A stretch of DNA of 64,000 nt from Piromyces finnis finn (lineage: Eukaryota > Fungi > Neocallimastigomycota): assembly GCA_002104945.1 (NCBI GenBank), contig MCFH01000028.1, positions 248,001-312,000 on the forward strand. Reading direction: 5' to 3'. The notes below the pieces were generated by a model. It made no database searches. It worked only from the letters and a program-made list of their open reading frames with translations, and was not told the origin of the DNA. The translations under genes and the position numbers were made by a program. Positions 29,166 to 42,626 of the stretch are shown piece after piece. The number at the start of each line of letters is the position of its first letter. The first letter of the stretch is position 1.

Positions 29166-32100
29166 GATAGATCTATTAAAATATTAATAAAATTAAATAA
29201 TTAATAATCTATTATATGAATAAAATTAAATAAATAATAATATATTTAATTTTTCTTTTCTTTTTCATATTATTCGTGTTTTACATATATATAATTTTCT
29301 TTAGTAATTTATCATCAAGATTATTTCTTGAAAGTAATAAATTGTAGAATATTTCTTTTTTATGGTTTCTTTTAAAATTAATATTAGATATTTATTAAAG
29401 TTTTTATTATATACAATCAATTTTAATGGAAACTATTTTTATGTCATTTTTATTGATTAAAGGTTTAAAAATGTTTTATATTTTCTATCTTTTTATTTTT
29501 TTTCAAATTCAACTCTATTTTAAAAAATTAATTATAATTCAAAATAAAAAATAAAAACCTCTTTTTAAACTATTTCTCTTTTTCTCTTTTGATAAACAGT
29601 TTTAACTTTTTTAAGAAAAAAAAGAATAATTTTATTATAGATAGTTTTATTAAAAAAAAAAAAAAAAAAGTTAATTTTTTTTATGAAAAAAAAAATAATT
29701 TTAATATCAAATTTTATATTAAATTAATATATAGATTATCTTTGTAATATTTAATATTATTTAAAAAATAAACTTAAAACAATATAAAATTAAAATTTAA
29801 TACATTTCTAATTTAATTATTTATTAAATTAAAAAATGAACAGTATATATTAAAATATAATGTAATATATGAAATTAAAAAGTTTATAAATCATCTTTTT
29901 TAATATAGAATTAATTCAAGTAAAAAAAAGTTAATATATTATTAATTAAAGAATAATTCTGTTTTTTTATATTCTATAATTTAATATAAATAAATATAAT
30001 TTTATATATTTACAATAGTGATTTTATTAATGTATACATGTTTATAATATATATAATATATTAACAATATATTATGATTTAATAATAATTAAAATTTTAA
30101 TTAAAATATTAATTTATGTAAAGGAAAAAGAGAAAAAAAACATTTCCTAAGTTAAAAAAGCATTCACCACCTTTAAATAATATTTAAGCAATATATAAAC
30201 TAGGTATAAAGTAATATTTTTTTTTTAGAAAATATGAATAAAAAAACCTTTTTTAGATTTAACCTATTATTTAATAATTTAAAAGGAGATATACCTCATA
30301 TGCAATAATTTTTATTAAAAAAAAAAAGTAATGGTGTTCATTAAGGCATCATTTTTTTTTCTCTCTTTCCAATATAAATAATTTTTTTTGTATTTTTTTT
30401 GTTAAATTATTTATTATTTAATTTATTATTAATTTATTATTTGCTATTATTTATTATGATAAAACTTATTTATTAAGATTACTCTATTTTAAATTTATTA
30501 ATATATATTATATATATTAATACATATAATATTAACAAAAGAAAAAAGTCTGTTTTCCATCATTTTACTATATAAAAAAATTTAAAATATTCCTAATATC
30601 CTTTTCAATTGGAAGATTAATAATCATTATCATAATAAACAAGGTTTATTTATAAAAATTTAATATAAAATAAATTATTTAATGTATTTTAATATAAAAA
30701 AAATTATATAAAATATATTAAATTATATAAACAATAGAATAGGAATATATGAATGATAAAAATTCATCCTCTATCATTATGATTGTGTATGTCTTTACCT
30801 ATGAAAGACTTGAACAAGAGGATATTAGTCAAGAAGAATAAAAATAAATTATATTTTTTAGCTATCAACGGTTTTCAAAGAATTGACATTTTATTTCAAT
30901 AGATGAAGTAAAAAATTATTTAACTGAATGGTATGAATGATCCTAAAAAGATATTTTTTTTAAAAAGATTTGCAATTTATTTCAATGAGATAGAGCCAAC
31001 CAACCTATGATAAAATGATTTGTTAATACTTTTTACTACAATAAATATATATATATGCATTATTATGCATTATTATCATTTATCCATCTATTTATTCATT
31101 TATTTATTATTTAATTAATAAACCTTTCATTCATTCATTTAATAAACCTTTTTTTTCATTTATTTATTCATTCATTCACTATTAGCATTCATTCATTTAG
31201 TCATTTCTTCCTATTCTATTATAAAAAAATGTATATATTTTACTTGCCGTTCTTACACCTTTACACTTTTTATTTGATAGGTGAAAAATGTTTCATTTTA
31301 AAATTTTGGTATTTTCTTTACTCATCCTTTTTAATTTATTGATTTTATTCTCATTGGAATTTAGGAAAATATTTTATTATAAATTAAGGTTATTTATTAA
31401 AACTTTAATTTATTCATTAATATAAAAGTCATCGCTTAACATTATCCTTTATATATTAATTTTACTTTTTTAATATAATACTATATTAAATTTTGGTGTT
31501 TTTTTTTTCACTATTTAATTTAAAAAACGCCAATTTAATATTGATTAAAGTTATTTATCTATAAATTATAGTTAGTTATTCATTAACTTTTTTATAAAAA
31601 AAAATAATCCTTTACATTAAAATTATCCCTTTACTCTTTTATGAAATCTAATTTTAATAGAGTTTACGTTTTTATTATTATGGAAAAGTACTAATAGAAA
31701 TAGTATTTAATAGCATTTACATTTATATTTCATACTATTTTATAATACCTACTTGTTTATATTTTCATGAGAATATAAAAAGAAAACCCCCGTTTTAAAA
31801 ATTTAATAGTTTTAAATACCTATGATCAGAAATTTGAGAATGAACTCTATTCCTATTTAATTTTTTATTTTATATTTTATAATAATTATTTTAATTTATT
31901 ATTCTCATATTAACTGTATCAGAACTCTATTTGAATGATTTTCAAGGCAAAAAAATAAAACTATACAGAAATTCATCCAACCTTTTTTTTTTTAAAAAAA
32001 TAAAAATTTCTACAATTTTTAATATAGATAGGAAATAAATTTTATTAGTCTTGTTATATTCTGATGGATGGTAACTATTATACAAAATTACTTTGAATGC

Positions 32101-34494
32101 TTTTTCCATTATTTCTATCATCCTAATTCAATCTTATAAATTATAATTAATATTGTTTTAATATTAAATTATTCACAAAAAATAATATTTTTTGGAGATT
32201 ATTGGTTTTATAGAAGAAAAAAAATTTTTTTTCAAAAAGGTAAATCATTCATTTAATTCAAAATTTATTTATAATATATTTATAATATATAATTTAATTT
32301 ATTTTATTTTATTTAAAAGTCAACAATGAATAAATTTAATTTTTAATATAAAAATTTTATTGGTTAAAAAAAAATAATATATAAAAAATGATAACACAAA
32401 ATTTAATAAAAAATTTAATTTTTTTTTAAATGAGAATTTAAAGATATTTAAAGATAATAAATTAAGGAAAATTAGTATATAGCATGATATAGCATGAAAA
32501 TATTACAGAAAGTAAATTAGAACTAATTTATTAGTAAATGATGTCCTATTATAGTCTATTTTAGTAATAATATATTTGCAAAAAATACCAAAGTCATTAA
32601 AAGTAGATGTTTTAATTATTCTATTAATTAGTGATTGTACTAATACAATAGACATTTTTAATAAGAATTTTATTATTGATAGTATTGAACTATTCATTTT
32701 TATATTGTCATGAATAATTCTAAATTTTAATAATAAATAAGGTTTGTCCTTCGTTTTATTCCAAATTAATATCATAATAATTTAAATTTAATTTATATTA
32801 CAAATTAAATATTATATTATTTTTTTAATTTATGATATTCTATTCAATTTAATATTTATTAAAATTTTTAATCTATGGTGTATACTGTAATATATACAAT
32901 ACTATATAGAATAATATATTATACCATTTTTTATAAGACCACTTTTTCGAAATTTTTCTGGCTAGAATTCTGCCAGAGGAAAAATTTCTTCTGGCCAGAA
33001 AGTCTGGCTAAAATCGCCCAAAATCTAAGATTTATACTAAATCATCCCTATGAAAAATGTGACCACTCAAATTTTTTTGAGTGGAAGCAAAAAAAAACCT
33101 ACCAAAAAAGAATATTTAGGCACTCCAAGTGGTAAAAAAAATAAACTTTAAAGGGTCTCTTTTTTTTTTTTACTATGTAGATTTGTTAAAAAGAAGAAGA
33201 AGAAGAAGAAAAAATAGTGAAATTTAGATAAAAAAAAAATAAAATTAAAATAAAGAAAAAATAATCAAATTAAGAGGAATGATAGTTGGAATATTCTTTC
33301 TTTTTCATAGAAGATAAAGTATATAATATATATAATATATAATGAAAATAAATAAAAACATAAAACATTATATTTCTAATGTTTATATCATTTCATAATG
33401 ATAATAGATATCATTTTAATTCTTTTTGTAAAATAAAATAATCACATTTATTATAAATTATATTATTTTCATGGGAATATAATTTTAAATTTTATCTTTG
33501 TATTTTCATTCTGTTAATTTTTTAAAAATAATTATAATATTCTATTTATTTATTGGTTTATTCATTAATATGGAAAAAAAAAATAAAGATTTATTTGAAT
33601 TAGTAATGATAAAATGACAGTAGATAAATAAGAAGATAGTGATAAATAATGCAAAAAAAAAAAAGCATTTTATTATTAGTAACTAAAAATAACTTTTTAG
33701 GAAAACTATAAAAATATATTAAAAGAATATATAAACATGTAATTTTATAAATTATATATAATATGTATGTGAAAATATGTATGAGATATAAAGTTTATAA
33801 GACTATAGAATACATGATATAGATATTATTTTAAATTGAATAATAAGAAATAAAACTTTTGAAATACTTTTATAAAGTTGTTATACCTAAAGAAATAAAA
33901 AAAAAATGTTTTTTAAATAAGAAATATAATAAAGTATAAATATTTTTTTAAACTAAATAAACTTGAAATTTTATTAGTATGATTTGTTTCTTTTTTACTC
34001 TAAACCTACATCATATTTTTATATTTTTTTCTTTTCTTCTTTTCATAAAATCATCTTCCCTTTACTTTTTTTTATTTAATATTAAAAAAGGTATAAAAAA
34101 ATTTAGAATATTCTAAATTATTTCTATATTAATCTTATTTTTTATAATAAATTTTTATTTATTTTCTATTTACTATAAAAATATAAAAATTGGATAGAAT
34201 TTGAACGCAATATAAAGAAGAAACAAAGCAAAAGAAAGCAAACTTTTTATTTATTCTCTTTTAAAACAATATTTAAAAAGTACATATATAGTATATATAT
34301 TTTATAATACATGAATATTATACTTTTTTCAAGTGTTTATGGCATCTTTTTTTTTTTTACCATAAACTTATTCAAACAATAAATAGTTTATTATTGTTTC
34401 TGATTTTTTTTTTAACTAAAGAAAAAGAAATAGAAATAAAAATAAAAATAAAATAGTTTGAATATTAGTTTTAATTTTCTTTTTTCCTTTTAAC

Positions 34495-34529
<35 letters not shown>

Positions 34530-37500
34530 GAATTGAATTTATTTTGATTATTAAATAAAATATTTTCAAAAATTATTAAAGGATAATAATTTAATATATC
34601 ATACCTCTATACCTAATATAAGTTAACTTTTGATAACTTAACATCATAATATTAAAAATTAGTCTAATAAATATTAAAAAAAAATATTCTATTTTATTTT
34701 CTCAATTTATTATGAACAAACTAAAAAAAAAAAAAAAAAAAAAAAACATTATTATTACTATATAATGAGTGAATATTTTAATAGAATGAGATTATTAAGT
34801 AGTATTATTATTATTATTTGACTAGTCTATTTCTCAAAATTTGTCAACTATTTATTTTGTATAATTACTTTTAGACTTTTAAAAAAAAAACGTTCATTTA
34901 ATAGTAATAATACCTAATATCTTAAAACAGCACCTACATTTAAAGAGTAAATATTAGATCTTCTTAACATTGAAAACATTTTGTAGATGTTTATAAAAAT
35001 TTATTAAAAATAATAATACTTTTTTATTTATTACTAAGATATTGTAGAATAAAGTATTTTACGAAAAATATATATATATATATATTTATATAAATACTTT
35101 TATTTTTTTTAAAAAAAAGAAAAATACTTTCTTTACTGATAAAGAATTATTTAAGAAATATATTTTTCTAGAGTTTTTTTTTTTAAAAAATATATATACT
35201 TATAATCAAAAAATATAAATAAAAATATTTCAACTAAAAGATTTGAAAAGTTTTATTTGAATCAAAAGATGGTTTCTTAACCTGCATATTTCATTTAAAA
35301 AGAAAATTTGTAAATTCTTAGCTAAAAGTCTGATAAGGTCGAATTTCTTCTGGCTAAAAAATCTGGCTAAAATCGTCAAAAAATATAGGATAAATACTAA
35401 TTCAAGTAAAAAGTTATTTGAATCAAATGCATGGCTCTTTAAAAAAAAAGGTCACTTTCTTTACAAGTTTATTCGATTTTGATGAAATGAATCCAGCACC
35501 TATTTATATTAGTTTTTAAAATAAAATAAAAGAAAAAAAAAGCAAGAGGGAATATTTCTATTTAAGTAATGATATGATTTTTATAAATAAATAAAGATCA
35601 AAATCAGAAAGAAAAAAAAAAAAAAAACAAGAAAAAGAAAATTAATAATACTTTGTTCAAATATATGTAGAAATAAACTAATAATAATCTTTATAAATAG
35701 TAATTACAGAATTATTATTATGTAATATTAATATAAAAGATAGTAACAATACATTTATACCTATTATATATATATATATTTTTTTTTTCTTTAGATTGAT
35801 CTAGTTTATTCAATAAATAATCCTAATAAAATGGTATTCAACTATCACAACTTTATTATATTTTTTATTTTTAAATATAATAAATATATATTTAAAAATA
35901 AAAAATATGATAATTATTTCATAGAATAGAACTTTATTGATGATTAAAAAAAAAAATTTTAAAAAATGGAAAAGAATGATGAAACAAGGCTAAGATGTAT
36001 AATAAAAATATATATAATATATATAAGGTACCATTTTATCATTTTTCTTGGACATTATATGCTGGTAAACCACAATAGATCAAAAATTGTAGTATGTTCT
36101 TAGTTAAGAATCTCACCTAATAAACCATTAATTTGGATTGCTCTTCCCAAGAATACATAAAACAATCGAAAAATTGAATTTTTATGAAATTCCTTCCTTT
36201 AATAATAAAACATAGAAAGCAGAGTTAAGATATATAATAAAAATATATAAGGTACCCTTTTATTGTTTATTATGGTAAACTTACGATGAATTATTACTAT
36301 GAACGATGAATCATAGGCTAAGGTACAACTTTAATTTATAACCTTGGGTGGACCGATAAAAGTTTTTTTTTTTTTTTTAAAACACATATATATTCTTAAT
36401 TTTGATAAATTATTAATTTAATTAAATTGTCCAAGTTCGAAATATTTATTAAATATAGATATAATTAGTGTAATATTTATATTGATCTCAAGAATATATA
36501 ATACAAATGAAAATCAAGCTTTTATGAATTACTGGGAAAAAAAATAATGAATAAAAAATAAGGCGAAGTCGTACAATAAAAAAGTATATAGTAGAGTATT
36601 CCTTCCTTATTGTTTACCTTGATCATCATATAAGTATAGATAAGCAATTCAAAAAAAAAAAAAAAAACTAATTCACCTATTTTGTGAACTTTAATTAAAG
36701 ATTTTTAATAAAAATGATAATTTTTTTTATTGTAATTTTAAGTAAGCCATCATAGCATATTTCAATCAACCTTATTAAATTCATAAGAATTTTATCAAAA
36801 GTTTAGATGTAAATTAAGGATTAAAATATTTTCAATGATAAAGAACGGTTATTCATAAAATAAAAAAATAAAAAAGAATAAATAAAATTCTTAAATTGAA
36901 TTGCTTTTAAATATATATATTTATTATGCTAAATATTTTATAGTTTATCCTTTAACTTTTTTAATTCTTTGTATTAAACTAGTACTTTTTTTTTTCAACA
37001 TTGCTATTAAATATTATTTATTTTTTTTTTAAAAAATAGAATAGTAGTAATAAAATAATCTTTTTTTAACTATGATTATTTTATAAAAAGTATTTTTTTA
37101 TTTTATAATTTAACTCATTTTCCAATTGACATCACCTATTACCACCATCATCAAATAATAAAATAATTTCCTTAGGGGTTAGTTCAAGGGTTTTTTTTTT
37201 ATATTAGAAAATCTATTTTTAATAAAGTTTAATTTTTTTAATTTTTCACTATAAAATTATAAAATGTTTTTTTTTAAACTTGAAAAAAATTATATAAAAC
37301 TATACATATAAAAAATAGTAAAAAATTGTTATTTTTTATCTTTCTTTTTTAAAAAAAATTAGTATTTTAAAATTATAAAAATAACAAATTCGATTTTTTT
37401 TTTTTTTAAAAAAAAAAAGAAATTTAAAAATGTAGTATTATTATATATTTTTTTTCTTGTAGTGGAGGATTAATTTTAAAATCTTTTTCTAACCTTTTTT

Positions 37501-37689
37501 TCAATATTTATTCTTTATTTTTTTTATAGTTTCAATACAACAATAACAATAAAAAAATCTTTGTTAAACAAATAAAAAAAAACGAATAAAAAGAAGTTGG
37601 TTCTATTCTCCTTTTCCTCTTTTTATTATGTATTTTTGAAAATTCCAAAATAAATTATTCAAATTTTTATAAGGAATATTCAAATTTGA

Positions 37690-38321
37690 TGATAACGGAT
37701 TGGTAGTTATATTACAACTTTTTAAACTACTTATTCGTTACCTTATATTGTTTTATCTCGACAGCTATTGTACGAGCTTTAACAATATCTACTTGTTTTA
37801 TTATTTATTTTAATTTATTTTATAATATTTTATAATATTTATAGTTTTATTATTTAATAATATTTATATAGAATAATAACACCAGATTTATTCTATAAAA
37901 TATTATTTATTATTAACACAATAATTACAAACTAGACAAGTTTAATTTCGTTTTTATATTTTCTTTTATTTATTGTTTTTATACTCTTTTTTAACAATAA
38001 TTTTTATTATATAAAAACTTATTTTTGTCTTTTAATTATTATTATGTATTATTTAACTAACTATATTAACTATTATTAAAAATTCAACTTCTTATTAATA
38101 TGTTAAGTCTTCCCATTTTCTACTAAAAATTATTATTATTCTTTATATTAAAAATTATTTTTATAATTTAACCCAATCAAATATATAAATTTATAAAATA
38201 TTTGATTTTATGTAAATTATATTTTTATGCTAAACTATATAAAATTATTTAATAATTATTTTTATAATAAAACGTTCTACAAATATCAAATTTATAATAT
38301 ATTTATAATTATTATTTATCA
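37690..38321 (-). repeat. Outer element 3' LTR (632 bp)
   Basis: tgataacgg...ttatttatca, matches 49103-49734 with no difference spotted by eye. Confidence 0.96.
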
Positions 38322-38324
38322 AGA

Positions 38325-38335
38325 TTTCCTCCCCT
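38325..38335 (-). other. Polypurine tract of outer element
   Basis: Minus-strand AGGGGAGGAAA, 3 nt before the 3' LTR. Confidence 0.85.
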
Positions 38336-38655
38336 AAGATACAACTTAGTGGTAGCTGATAAAAATATTCATAAATAATAATAAACATATGAATTTTTTG
38401 ATATTTTCATATTAAATATTTAAAAATTAAAATATTTTTTTTTTTTTTTTTTTTTTTATATATAAATTAAAAATAATATAAAATAAGGTTTATAAAAAAA
38501 ATGATGAAAAATTTAAAAATTTTTTATTAATAAAATTTTTTTTTCAAAAGGTAAAAAAAAATAAAAAAAAAATGAGACAAAATTCGTCTTCAGCATTTTA
38601 ATGTGTGTTTTTCTTGATTTTTTTTAATATAATGGTCGTTATTTTTTATATGTTT

Positions 38656-41600
38656 TTATAGAGAGGACAAATAGGGCTTCACATTTTTAATATGGACATT
38701 ACGTTCTAGTATTTTATGCGTGTCCAGTGTCTCTAAAACTAAAGTGTTGAATTTTGATACTTTCTTTACTTTAAATGGTCCCAAAAGGAATGGATCTAAT
38801 TTTTTTCTACCTATATATCTTACCAGCACTAGATCATCTGGCTTGTACCGGTGTTGCATAGACTTTGCTGTTTCATTTCTTTGGAGCCAATAGTCGTGAG
38901 CTTGCTTGATATTTTCAGTAGCTTCTTGTACCCAATTCTGGTGTCTGACAAAACGTCTGAAATTGTATTCTTCGTCAGACTCGTCCTTTTCTTTTGGAAT
39001 ATCTGGTAGTAACACACTAAGAGGCCATAAATCTTTTCTTCCATATAAAAGTTCAAAACTACTAAACCCTGTAACTTTCGAACGAGACGTACGCAGAGCC
39101 CATAGGGTTGCCGGAAGTATTTCGTCCCAATTTTCTTGATTTTTACATAAATGTCGAAGTATTTTTATTATTTCTCTATTTCTGTTTTCAACTTGTCCAT
39201 TAGCTTCAGGGTGATGTGGTGCAACGAATTGAACCCAGGAACCATATAAGTCTATCATTGTTTTTGTTATATCCGAAGTGAACTGACTTCCATTATCTGT
39301 GACAATTATTTCTGGGACACCATGTCTTGCAAAGACGTCTTTTAGGAAATAAATAACGTCTTGACTTTCAATTTTCTTTAAGGGAGCGGCTTCAACCCAT
39401 TTAGTAGTATAGTCTACTAAAACAATAATATATAAATTTCCTTTATCTGTTAATGGTAGTGGTCCAACTATATCCAAACCAACTCTGACGAAAGGTCTTT
39501 CAACTGGACTTGAAATATTAGACAGATTTTTAGGAATAGGTTTTGGACGATAGCATTGACATTCTAAACATGTTTTAACGACTTTATTTACGTCGTTCCA
39601 CATTCCTGGCCAATAATATATTTCTTTTAATCTGGAAAGTGTTTTTTCAACACCTTCATGGCCGACAAGATGAGCCTTACGAATCAAGGAGAATTTTAAA
39701 GAGTCATCTTCAATAACTTTTAAATAATTTCCAGATTTAGAGCGGTAAACAAGGGTACCATTTAAAAATGAATAGTTCTTCTTAACATATTCAATAATTT
39801 TGGGTGGAGCAAAGGTGGAAATGTTATCTTCTTTGTCTTCTAAAATAGAATGAATAGAATTAATATTTAAATTTTGCGAAGAGGGCATACGAGACAAAGC
39901 ATCAGCAAAAACATTATTTTTACCTTTTTCATAAATAATGTCAACTCTAAATTCATTAAACTTAGCTATCCATCTAATATGTCTATCATTAGAAGGAATA
40001 CTTGAATTAAAGAAGCCTACAAGTGGCTTATGGTCAGTGTACACTTTAACAACAAAAGGAGAAGCTGCAATATAGGAGCGGAATTTATTCAAAGCGAATA
40101 AAATAGCAATACCTTCTTTTTCAGTAACAGAATAACGCGTTTCAGCATCTTTAAGACATCTACTAACACAATAAATAGGAAATTCAATATCATAAGAGTC
40201 AGAAAGCTGAAGAAGAACAGCACCAACAGCATAAGAAGATGCGTCAGTACGAATAATGAACTGTTTATTAGGGTCGGGATATTTTAAAATACTAGAAGAA
40301 CAAATAAAAGAACGAAGTGTATAAAAGGCATCAGAATGGATATCTAACCAAATAAAACTAGCTTTAGGACTTGTTAGTTTATATAAACAACTTGAAATAG
40401 CAGCAAAGTTAGGAATAAATTTTCTATAGTAGCTAACTAAGCCAAGGAAAGACCTAAGTTGAGTGACGTTTTTAGGAGTGTTCCAAGAAGCTATAGCAAG
40501 AACTTTAGAAGGCATAGGTTTAATACCATCTGCAGTAAGTACGTGACCAAGAACTTCGACGGAGTTTTTGCAAAAAGAACACTTATCAATATTAATAGAG
40601 AATTTATGTTCTCTTAGGATAATAAAAAGTTTTTCAAGGTCCTTTAAATGTTGTTTAAAGTTAGGAGAATAAACTAAAATATCATCCATGTAAACAAATA
40701 GACAAGTACCGATAAGAGGCATAAGAATACGGTTCATTTCACGTTGGAAGGATGCGGGTGCATTAGTTAACCCGAATGGCATAACCTTAAAGTTAAAATT
40801 ACCAAACTTAGTAGTGAATGCTGTCTTTTCGATATCTTTGCTATTCATTGGAATTTGATGAAAACCAGAAAAAAGGTCAATAGCAGAGAAATATTTTGCG
40901 CCATGAACAGATTCTAGTAGTTCATCAATAAATGGTAGAGCATACGCGTCTTTAATAGTAATTTGATTTAATTTTCTATAATCGACACACATACGCCATT
41001 TACCATTTTTCTTTTTCACCATAACAACAGGGAATGACCATGGTGAATGGGAAGGTTCAATGAGACCGTGTTTCAATAGTTTCGAAATCTCTTCTTTTAA
41101 TGCTTGGGATTGAGCAAGAGATATCTTATAAGGTCTCAGTTTAATGGGTTTGGTGGATGTTAATTCAATAGAATGAGGTTCAGCATCAGCAACTGAAACA
41201 TCATCAATGGAATCGATTAAAACATCCCTATAATTTTTTATTAAAGAATGAAGTTGAATTTGTTCATCCTTTGAGATAATATTATCAATATCAGAAATAT
41301 CTTTTAAGGAATTAATATTATTCATAATAGTAATATGATATAATTTATTTCCTTGCGATATGGAATCTGATGGTTGAGCAACCATAATAGAGGATCCATC
41401 AGTTTTCATATATAAAGCGTCGTCATCAGGATCTATATATAGCCTATGATCCTTTTGTGACTGGCGCCCAAGTATGATATCATAGCAGGAATCTTCGTCT
41501 TCTAGGATCCAGAAGGTAGTACTTATTTTAAGCTTATCAAAACGAAGAACGAGACTTACTGCTTGATTAGTGGAGATGACTTGTTGGCTAGCTAGCTTGA

Positions 41601-41828
41601 AGAATGTTCTTTTAAAGTATTTAATTTTATGTTTCTTTGATATAATATCAAAGAAGGACTTAGTAATCACGTTGACATCAGAGCCTGTATCCACTAACAC
41701 TCTTACAATATTGTTGTCAACAGAACCTATAACAGAAGCGATATTGACTTTATTAATGACGTTAATCTCATTACTAACATCAATGTTGTCGACACTATTG
41801 TTAACATTATTGTTATTATCATCACCAT
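38656..41828 (-). CDS. pol: Outer element pol, 3' part: protease, RT, RNase H, integrase
   Basis: VLVDTGS (protease), CVDYRKLN...YMDD (RT), TDASSYAVGAVL...EKE (RNase H), HLVGH...C-x2-C, LDIVGP, TDNGSQF, ENRNREI, LGPFKV (integrase with GPF motif). The ORF ends YLSSL with no chromodomain. Confidence 0.95.
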
Positions 41829-42201
41829 TGTAACGAAATATTATAATAATAAACACACACACTCTAATGTATCAAATATATATGTATTTTTTTTAATAAT
41901 GTTTATTTATTAAATTTATTATTATAATACGACTAACTCGCTAGGTCAGTGTATTATCAAACTAAAGACGAAACAAAAAAAAAAACTAATTTTTATTAAT
42001 TATTAATAAAAACACTAAAGAACTATTTTATCTTTCTTATTCTCTCTTTTATACATGAAAATTATTTTTTTTTTTAATACAATTTGATAAGTGAATTAAT
42101 TACTTAATGATTGGTTATAAAAATATAATTATGAAATTTTCATTAATCTAACCTTAATGATTTTCTAGTCTAACCCTTATCATTAGATATACCTCATTAC
42201 A
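41829..42201 (-). repeat. Inner element 3' LTR (373 bp)
   Basis: tgtaacgaaa...cctcattaca, essentially identical to 46896-47268 (at most one T in a homopolymer differs by eye). Confidence 0.96.
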
Positions 42202-42203
42202 AG

Positions 42204-42213
42204 CTCCTCCTCT
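42204..42213 (-). other. Polypurine tract of inner element
   Basis: Minus-strand AGAGGAGGAG, 2 nt before the 3' LTR. Confidence 0.85.
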
Positions 42214-42626
42214 AAATTCGGATTCCAGACGAATTTATAAGCTAATAATTTTTTTTTTTTTTTTAAATAGGCAGTTGACTTCATATGAGAATTAAAAGGT
42301 GTGGTACAATGGTCGAGTAGTTGGCAATAAACTAGAAGGTTGTGGGTTCGAAGTCGGGGTTGGTAGAGTAACTTTGATGTAAGGCGGGTTGGCGCCAAGA
42401 CTAAAGTATGTCCAACAAGTACTAGAGGTTTCATAGGCAAGGTTCCAATATGGCCGTTTGATAGTACTTGTTCTTGGTACGCTTGTAAGTCCAGTAAATC
42501 CCTATGGGAGCTTCGCCAAAACGGTATCGGTTAAGTTTATTCTAAAAATTAATATTCCCTCATTTGTGTCTAAAAATTAATGAAAATTAGTTAATTTTAT
42601 TATTATTAGTTTTTTTTTTTTTTTTT

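Noticed and set aside
30760-32775. Possible decayed coding relics (IVYVFTYERLEQEDISQEE..., an LRR-like NLIVLNTYDQKFENELYSYL, and ORF 32503-32775)
   Set aside because: Short, interrupted by stops and not assignable to any family by eye. A translated search would be needed.
36020-36360. GC-richer patch with repeated ATATAAGGTACC motif
   Set aside because: No sustained reading frame or element boundaries.
42183-42440. 85-aa ORF in the inner element 3' region as a possible env or accessory gene
   Set aside because: Short, no signal peptide or TM pattern, crosses a poly-A run and ends inside the LTR.
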